In this document: one piece after another, positions 54,466 through 64,000 of the stretch
How the letters are laid out: every line of letters begins with the position of its first letter
Position numbering within the stretch: the first letter of the stretch is position 1
Assembly (NCBI GenBank): GCA_009914755.4
Contig: CP086569.2
Coordinates: 16,320,001-16,384,000 of the forward strand
DNA: 64,000 bases
From: the human T2T-CHM13v2.0 reference genome, Homo sapiens
Reading direction: 5' to 3'
Notes under the pieces: model-generated
The model's input: only the letters and a program-made list of their open reading frames with translations
The model's database searches: none
What the model was told of the DNA's origin: nothing
Translations under genes and position numbers: made by a program

Positions 54466-54962
54466 CCAGTCTTTGGGACCAGTTTTGTCAAAGACAAGTT
54501 CTCCCTGGACCTGGGGTGAGGGTTTATGGTTTTGGAATGATTTAAATGCATTACATTTATTGTGCACTTTATTTCTATTATTATATTACAATACATAATA
54601 AAATGTTATACAACTCACCAAAATGTAGCTGAGGTTCTTTTCCTACAACCACAGATGGTGCCATCTGGGGGTGATGGGAGACCACGATAGATCATCAGGC
54701 ATTAGCTTCTCATAAAGAGCACACAGCCTAGATCCCTCACATGTGCAGTTCATAATACGAGTCATGCTCCTGTGAGAATCTCATGCTGCCACTGACCTGA
54801 CAGGAGGTGGAGCTCAAGTGATAATGAGAGTGATGGGTAGTGGCTGTAAATATAGATGATGCTTCACTCCTTCACCCACTGCTCACCTCCTGCTGTGCAG
54901 CTAGGTTCTTAACAGGCCACGGACCAGTACCATTCCACGGCCCTGGGGCCAGGGATCCCTGC
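54466..54962 (+). mobile_element. Non-autonomous DNA transposon (hAT-like MITE, ~500 bp) copy 1, with 8-bp TSD ctctacag/ctccacag
   Basis: Terminal cagtggtccccagtctttgggaccag... and ...ccacggccctggggccagggatccctg form inverted termini (CAGTGGTCCCCA..TGGGGAtCCCTG). Internal ...atcatcaggcattagcttctcataaagagcacacagcctagatccctcacatgtgcagttcataatacgagtcatgctcctgtgagaatctcatgctgccactgacctgacaggaggtggagctc is a common human MITE consensus I recognise but cannot name with certainty. Confidence 0.7.
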
Positions 54963-55379
54963 TCCACAGAGTCAGCATTCGGGGGGATACAGCCTTCACT
55001 CTCGCATTCTCCAAAGCTCGCAGGCAAAAATTGGACATTGACTGTCCCAAGGTTACTTCTGCCTGTAAAACTAGGTGTCAATTTAATGAATGTTACTACC
55101 ATTGTCGGGGGAGTGGTAGTCAAACATTAGGTAATTTATAAAAATCGTCACCTGAGAGAGCTGACAAGCTCCATAAATTCTCCCAGCTACCCAAGATTAA
55201 TAACGTTATACTGAAAGGAAGTAATTATGAATTTGCCTCCAAATCACTTTTTTAAAATCCACACTCCAAAAATTGACTAACTGTCCTCATAAGTCAGACA
55301 CCACTTATCAGCTTGGTCGCAGCATGGAAAACTCAGAGCTGCCTCTCCTTGATGGCATGCTTCTAAATGCGATAATTAA

Positions 55380-55706
<327 letters not shown>

Positions 55707-56359
55707 CAGGAAGGCAATGTTTAATGCCCATTAAGCAAACGCTTGTTATTTTGGTAGGCAGGGCCTCTTTGTCTGCTCACCAAAAAAGATGGATGCTATT
55801 CAATAGTAAAGTAACAAATTAATGCTTAATCACTTATGATTTTTAAAGTTCTGCACACATTTATGGATTCAATAAAGTATCATTTTTCAATGGAATTGTT
55901 AGAACCCCAAATCTCAGTGTCACACAACATACCCTTGTAAAAAACCTGCACATGTACCCACTTAATCTAAAATTTAAAAAGAAAAAAAAATTATTGCTTT
56001 GTAGCCTAAAATGTTAAAAATACAAATACCAGTCTGCCAACTATCAGATCCTGGAGACATCAAATCAAAACTTGTTTGTTAAAGGTGTCATTATGAACAC
56101 CTGGGTTAATAAAGGAAGTACAGGACAAGACACATAAAGGGTGAAGAATAACAGATACTGTTTTAGAGCCTCCCATGAAGGTAACTGTAAGGTGTCAGGA
56201 GAAACACCCTCAGAGCATCGGAAGTGACTCTGCAAAGGACTCCTGGGGTTTGCTCGTCCAGGTCTCACAGTGAACTGGCCTGTCACAGCGCATGTGCATG
56301 CCAACATCACCTACAGGCAGTGGGTTTCAGGTTGTTTACTGACTTAGCTCTGGCCTTCA

Positions 56360-56775
<416 letters not shown>

Positions 56776-58695
56776 CAACCAGTGATGATTCTTTTTGTCA
56801 TACCTTTATTCTATTTTCTAAGGGTCCCCTGATATTGGCTTTATCTGTCTATCTTAGAGCAGGCACTTATTAATTCATCCTGCAGTGGTTAGCAAAAACA
56901 GTTAGGGTCTAGCAGAAAAGGAGAGAGGTAAAACTATTACATATATGCATGCTGTAGGGGTGGGCTCAGTACAGATAATGTGTCCTCATGTGCAGAGTGC
57001 TGTCTTCCTCTTGAGTGAGTTCTATTCCCCTGGCCTCGGCTGGCAGATACTCCTTATCATGGGGTGGTTGTAACTTGCAGCAAGGCTTCCTGGAGAGCTT
57101 TTGGGGCTGGGTACCTAACTACAAGCAGAAACCTTGGATTCTAGCATTCCCACTGACCTTTCACCAGTCTAGTCCTTGTGTCTGTAGTGTCTTTTCATAA
57201 ACACAAGCTATTATTGGAGAGATTGGTAGAATATTGGATAGGAAAGTACTGTGAACAACAGTAAGTGCACATGGATTGCATAAGGTCCCTGGGGTTGATT
57301 TATGGATGCTGCTTTGAGAAATGATAGAAATGAGGATATTTATGACAGTTCTCAGATATGACAAGACAGTGAGCTCCCAATCAGCTTGGTCTTCCATTTC
57401 GCTACTTCCCTAGACTCTCGGGGGCATAATTTAGGGACCTCCATCAGTTCTTACAGAAGGGATCTTACATCAGTTCCTCCATCAGTTCTGCTTGCAATGA
57501 GCTGAATAGTCCCCCCAAAATCATGTGATTTCCATGACCTCAGAATGTGACCTTTTTTGGAAATAGGGTTATGGCAGATGTAATTAGCAAAGTTAAGATG
57601 AGGTCATACGGGAGTAGGGTAGGCCCCCATCCAATATGACTAGTGTCTTTATCAAAAAAGAGGACACTTGTGGAAACAGGATGTGAAGATGCACAGCATA
57701 AATGCCCTATTTTCACAAAGGCAAAAATTCGGGTGATAGATCTATGAGCCAAGGAGTGCTAGCAATCAAATACATGCTTTATATATCCTTGATTGTTTTC
57801 ACATTTGCAGTTTTTATCCAGGTTGATATTCATAAGATATACTTTTGCACAGGTAATCATCTCCAGTTCTGTATTAATCTTAAACCCTAAGACTATTTAT
57901 AATTCCCCAGGAGAAAGCTTCAGAACTCATTGTACAATTTAAGCAATAAATCTGCAAATGCTTAGTAAGACCTCCCTCTGTCTGCTGCTAGACACAAACT
58001 TGTGGACAACAGAAATAAAAAGAAAATGTGGCTTCCCTTGGGAGAATTACACAGTGGATTTAGGGAGACAAGATGTGAATGGCCTCCAAACTAAGATGCA
58101 GAAGGGCAAAATTACTTGCCCAAGATCACGCAAGTAATGACTCACAGAACTGGAATTTAAGTCCCACTGTGCCTGATCTACAGCTAAGGTTTTTACTGTT
58201 TCCTAAGGCACACAGAGTTGGTTACAGTGGATATTGATCATATCACCAATGTAATCTTGCAAATGAAGACATTTCCATTTGTAGAGCATAAGAATGAGAA
58301 TAATCAAATGATTCCGAATGCCTTCCATTCTTTTTGAGATATCAGATTACCAGTTAACTCTTTCAATATTGCAATACCTTTAGCATAAATGGAAGACTAA
58401 CAATTCTACCACCCTGAACAAACCAAAAAGTGGCCTGAGTAACTAACTGTGCAAAACACAAATCAAATTCATTGGCCAGTTTGAAACTATCCCCAAGCCA
58501 CAAGGACGCAGCAGAAGAAAATTCTGCAGTTGAAATTCTTCTTCCTTATTAGGTCAACATTATTATGTTTAGCTGATTTAGGGAATTTGCTTCATCACAA
58601 ATTCAAATCTGGTTCTATTTTAGGCATCAATGACATTTTATAGTTAGGCTCAACCACCAAAAATTCTAGCAATTTCTATTATGGTTTTGAAATAA

Positions 58696-59046
<351 letters not shown>

Positions 59047-61669
59047 TTGACTGGAATTTTTAAAAAATTATTTTACTCTGCCAGTTAAAATTTTACTTCT
59101 TCAAGACAGGAGCTTCTGTGAATCAGGAATGTTACTGATTTGGTCTGATAATTCCAGTGGTTCTTTATGTATAGAGGTATGACACCAGATTAAACTTATA
59201 GTATTTCCACAGTGTTGGGTAATACATGCTGAATATTGATACACATTCCAAATATCTCATCTGAAGCCCTGATAGCTAGGTGTTTTCTGGACTTCAGTTA
59301 TGCATATTTTAGGGAGATAATATATGCCTTTACCTTACCTTCCAAGACATTCTCAGCAGGGAAGGACAACACTCAATAATCAAACATATTAATATTTCTG
59401 CAGAAAAAATATACGAATATTCCTGTCAGTGGGATGCAGGAAGACCACAAGTGGTATAATAAAGTACTTTTTTGTTGCAATGCACTGATAAATTAAATTG
59501 TGTAATGACAGACCATCAATACCCTGGACATTTCCTATTTCTAATGTCAGAAAGAGTCAATTCAAAATAAGTTAAATACCTTTACACATAATTGCAACAT
59601 ACATCTGTGACCTTTGGATTCTTGGATTTTTTTAATAACAGGATGCATGAGGGATGTGATTGGTCTCTCATTTTTTTAAGAAGAGGTTGCATCTCAGGGA
59701 TGTCATTGGTCTCTCTGAGTTGACCATGTATTGATGGCTACAGAATAAGTATGATAAAGGAACCACTTCTTTAAGGACAAAACGGCAATGTGAAAAATGA
59801 CCCTTTAAAAGACTTCTCCCATTGCCATATGCCCTGTGAACCTGGATTTCTCTCAGAGCATTTTCTCTCTAGATGAAAAAATTCTTTTACCTGCTCATTC
59901 TTGAGGCCTACAATAAACACATTACACATTCTAACCCTATCATCTAGGTGAGGGGTTGGCAAACATTTTCTATATAGGACTACTTAGTTAATATTTTCAG
60001 CCTTGTGGAGGATACAGTCAGCTCTGCAATTGTAGTTCAAAATTAGATGTATAAAGGAATGGGCATGGTGTATTTCAATAAATCTTTATTTACAAATACA
60101 GGTGGTAGGCTGGGTTTGTCCATGACCATACTTATGTGACCCCTGTTGCAAGGTTTTTTTTTTTTACTGTCATTCACAATTCCATTATTATTATTATTAT
60201 GCTTATCTATGCTTATCAGTATACAGCAAACATGGAGTTAAAGAACATGCACATCTGCTCTTGATGGAATACAAAATTCCTTGGCCATAAGGTTATGTTA
60301 TATACATTTCATATTGAGGAAAAGAGCAGTACCTAAAACATTTCATTTTTAATGAAGTCTCAAGGAGTGAGGACACTCCAGAAACTATATTGTTTTATGG
60401 TTTTCTGTTAGCCCAGATTGTCTGCTACTGGTTACTTGTTATTAGATTACTCAAAAAATGTTTCTCAGGAAATTCTTATTGGCATGGTGATGAATAGATA
60501 AATTGAATTAACATTTCCATCATCATGGATGTTGGCTTTTTCCAATCATTGACAAATTTACTTTGTGTTTGCCTGGAGCATTGACACAACCAGACCGTCA
60601 ATCTGAGCTTGCAAACATCTCTTCCATTGGCTTTTGTTAGGTGTTATGAATGGAACAAGATGGTTCAGTCTGGGTTTTGATGCTCACTACAACAAAATGG
60701 GCATTACAAAAATCATTTGATTTTCAGGGTGTTTTGTGTCTCAGAATTATGGACAATGGATAGCAGACCCCAATGCCATTTTTAGATCGCAATCATTTTT
60801 AGCCTTGTACAACTGGAACTTCATTTGGAAGGGGCATGCAAATGATAAAAAAAAATGGCCAAGCAAATGATGGTTATGAAGATTATAGAGACTCAAGGGG
60901 ATAAATATGCATACTTATTTTTGAACACACAAATCAGAATGGAGGTTCCTCATAGTAAAGCAGGATTACACTCTTGATCTTCTTCGATCTTCTTTGACTA
61001 TGGTTTGCATTATATATTTTATAGAAAAGACATACTTGCATATAAGTTGTGAGAGTAACAGAAGAACCACCATAAATAGTTACTAGGTATGATTGTTTGA
61101 GTCTGCTGGGTACCATTTCCCTCAACCCCTAAATTTGCCTGTGCTTGTGGCCACTACCACTTTAAGGAGTATTTGATAAGTGGTCTAACACAACATTCCT
61201 AAACCTTGGCACTATTGACACTTGGGAGAAGACCATTCTTTGTTGATTGAGGGTGGGCACTGGGCTACATAATTCTTTTTGGTGGGGGCTGCCCTGTGCA
61301 TTGTAAGATATTTACCAGAATTTCTGCCCTCTGCCTACTGGATACCATTAGCATCCCCCTATTGCAATAACCAAACCTGTTTCTACATATTACTTGCTAT
61401 TCCTAGTGGGGTAAAGTTGCTACTGGGTGAGAACCTATCTAATATTAATTTGCAAAATGGCCTCGGAACATGGGCCTTTAGATTTTCCATTGTGCTGTTT
61501 CATTCTGTAAGTATAGGCTCTTAGTGGCAGTACCACTGTGATAGGCATTGTGACTTAATCCCTTCAGATGTGTTCTTTGTCTTCATTTCTCACTGGGGGG
61601 TTGGTAAGCACTGAGTATCAAGTATGGGTCAAAGAGCTTTCATGCTGATACCTTAAAATATAACTTCTG

Positions 61670-61945
<276 letters not shown>

Positions 61946-63146
61946 TTATGTCACAAAAAGAGTCATCCAATTGTTCAAACGCACATCCATGCAAACTTGG
62001 TCTCACCTGATGATGTCATGGTGAATGGACAGAAGGGGCAACCCTGCCCAGTGGTTTTGTCATTCCTGCAGTTGGAGGTTAAGGATCAATATTGACAGCA
62101 CACTATTCCATTTCAACAAGAATCTAACATGAAAAGCAATGCTGGAAGATTGATTACAGCTGCAAATACCATCTCTGGGGGGAAAAACATTTTTCTGGGA
62201 CTCTGATTGAATCTCAGAAATTGTTGCTAGAAGCCTAACTTCAATAAAGCAAAATCCACATTTACAGAAATCTATATGGATAGTAATTTTTCTCTAATGT
62301 GATGTTCTCTTCTGAATATTTTTTACCAAGTGGTATTATGCTTTATATTTCAAAGCATAAACAATATATTTATACATTAATAAATTGTTCAAGACCATAT
62401 AGTTGTTTTGTCTAAATGTCAACAAGTTAAAAGAAAAGACTTATTAAGTAGGTTCAAAGCTATATTCCTGGTTTTCTTCTGAGACCATTTTCTATTCATG
62501 TCTAGGACTCTGTATCAGAGGTCAAAAAAAAAACCTATTTCTTAAAAGCTTAGATAGTAAATAAATATTTCCAGCTTTGAGGGGCAAATAGTATCTGTCA
62601 CAACTATTCAATTCTGATATTGCAGCACAAAAGCATTAAGGGAGTGGAGGCAGCTGTGTTCCGATACACTTTGTATTACAGACACTGAAATATGAGTCTT
62701 ACCTACTTTTCACATATCCTAAAATAATATCCCTTTTTCAACCATTTAAGCATGTGAACCTTCTATGAAAACAGGTGTCAGGACAGATTTTTCTTGTGGG
62801 CCATTGTTTGTACATACCCAGCCCTATTCAGAAAATATCTACTGAATGTTTGTTATGGTCAACAAATGAGATATGGTCTCTGCCCTCTTGATCCTTAGAG
62901 CTGTGGAAAGGACAGCTGTCACATGAATACATCAGGAAATAAATGAATCTATTATGCAAGTAGTAATAATTGCTATCTGGGGAAAAAGAGGTGCTATGAT
63001 AGTCAACAGTGGGGGAGCGTGCTTCATATAGGGTAATGATGGAGGGCTTCCTTGCGGCAGTGGTGTAAGCCAAGACATGAGGATGGGTAGGAGTTAGGCA
63101 GAGAGTGGGCAGAAGAAAAGTGGGGAGAGAAATCCCCTAGAACAGC

Positions 63147-63628
63147 AGTCCTCAACCTTTTTGGCACAAGGGAACATTTTTGTGGAAGACAATTTTTTCC
63201 AAGGGTGGAGATGGTTTGGGGATGATTCAAGTGTGTCACATGTATTGTGCACTTTATTTATATTATTATTACATTGTAATATATAATGAAGTAATTATAC
63301 AACTCACCATAATGTAGAATCAGTGGGAGCCCGGAGCTTGTTCTCCTGCGACTAGACAGGCCCATCTGGAGGTGATTGGAGTGACAGGTCATCAGGCAGT
63401 AGGTTCTCATAAGGAATGTGCAACCTAGATCCCCTGCATGCGCAGTTCACAATAGGGTTTGTGCTTCTATTAGAATCTAATGTTACCACTGATCTGACAG
63501 GAGGCAGAGCTCATGCAATAATGTGTGTGATGGGGAGCAGCTGTGAATACAGATGAAGCTTGGCTTACCTGCCATTCACCTCTGGCTGCACAGTCTGGTT
63601 CCTAAGAGGCCTGGGGGTTGAGAACCCT
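63147..63628 (+). mobile_element. hAT-like MITE copy 2 (same family and orientation as 54466-54962)
   Basis: cagtcctcaacctttttggcacaagggaacatttttgtggaagacaattttttccaagggtggagatggtttggggatgattcaag...atcaggcagtaggttctcataaggaatgtgcaacctagatcccctgcatgcgcagttcacaatagggtttgtgcttctattagaatctaatgttaccactgatctgacaggaggcagagctc...ggttgagaaccctg. Confidence 0.75.
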
Positions 63629-63654
63629 GCTCTAGTAAAGAAAGAGCTCATGAG

Positions 63655-63935
63655 GCTGGGCACAGTGGCTCACACCTATAATCCCAACATTTTGTCAGGC
63701 TGAGGATCCATTTAATCCAGGAGTTTGAGACCAGCCTGGACATCATAGTGGGAACCTATCTCTACAAATACTACAAAAATTAGTCAGCTGTGGTGCTGCA
63801 GCTGTAGTCCCAGCTACCTGGGAGGCTGAGGGGGAGGATTACTTGAGCCTGGGAATTCAAGGCTGCAGTGAACCATGATCACCCCACTGTCTGGGCAGCA
63901 GAGTGAGACCCTGCATCCAAAAAAATTTTTTTTTT
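63655..63935 (+). mobile_element. Alu SINE
   Basis: ggctgggcacagtggctcacacctataatcccaacattttgtcaggctgaggatcc...ccactgtctgggcagcagagtgagaccctgcatccaaaaaaa. Confidence 0.9.
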
Positions 63936-64000
63936 AAAAAAGATCATGTCATTAAGTGTGTCAACATATGATTACCCGGTGTGTGATTATTGATCTTTTG

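Overview
This window is primate (human-type) nuclear DNA: AT-rich and saturated with Alu, L1, ERV and DNA-transposon relics. It is not prokaryotic, so the six-frame ORF track is mostly noise, and I found no intact cellular protein-coding exon I can name. Three things dominate. First, a ~14.9 kb composite endogenous retrovirus locus at 9493-24355, bounded by two LTRs and a polypurine tract. Its backbone is a gamma-retrovirus-like (class I) provirus whose env matches my recollection of human ERV3/HERV-R env. The gag-pol region is heavily deleted. The integrase gene is split twice, by a full-length ~6.06 kb L1PA element with a perfect 13-bp target-site duplication, and by a ~2 kb piece holding a syncytin-like (HERV9/W-type) env 3' half plus an LTR12-like LTR. 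Second, a near-complete Tigger1 DNA transposon (34186-37164) retaining a 316-aa transposase ORF and carrying two nested Alus. Third, a strong CpG island (~41950-43350) in otherwise CpG-depleted DNA, with candidate first exons and consensus splice donors. It looks like an unannotatable promoter, possibly bidirectional or for a lncRNA, and is the best candidate for a functional unit here. Remaining items: at least 16 Alu copies (one very young AluY with a 15-bp TSD), two L1 fragments, two copies of a hAT-type MITE with 8-bp TSDs, a ~630 bp polypyrimidine mirror-repeat tract, a 2.6 kb unit bracketed by 40-bp perfect inverted repeats, several local direct duplications, and assorted micro/minisatellites. 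All family assignments are from reading the sequence and memory of consensus sequences; no database search was run.
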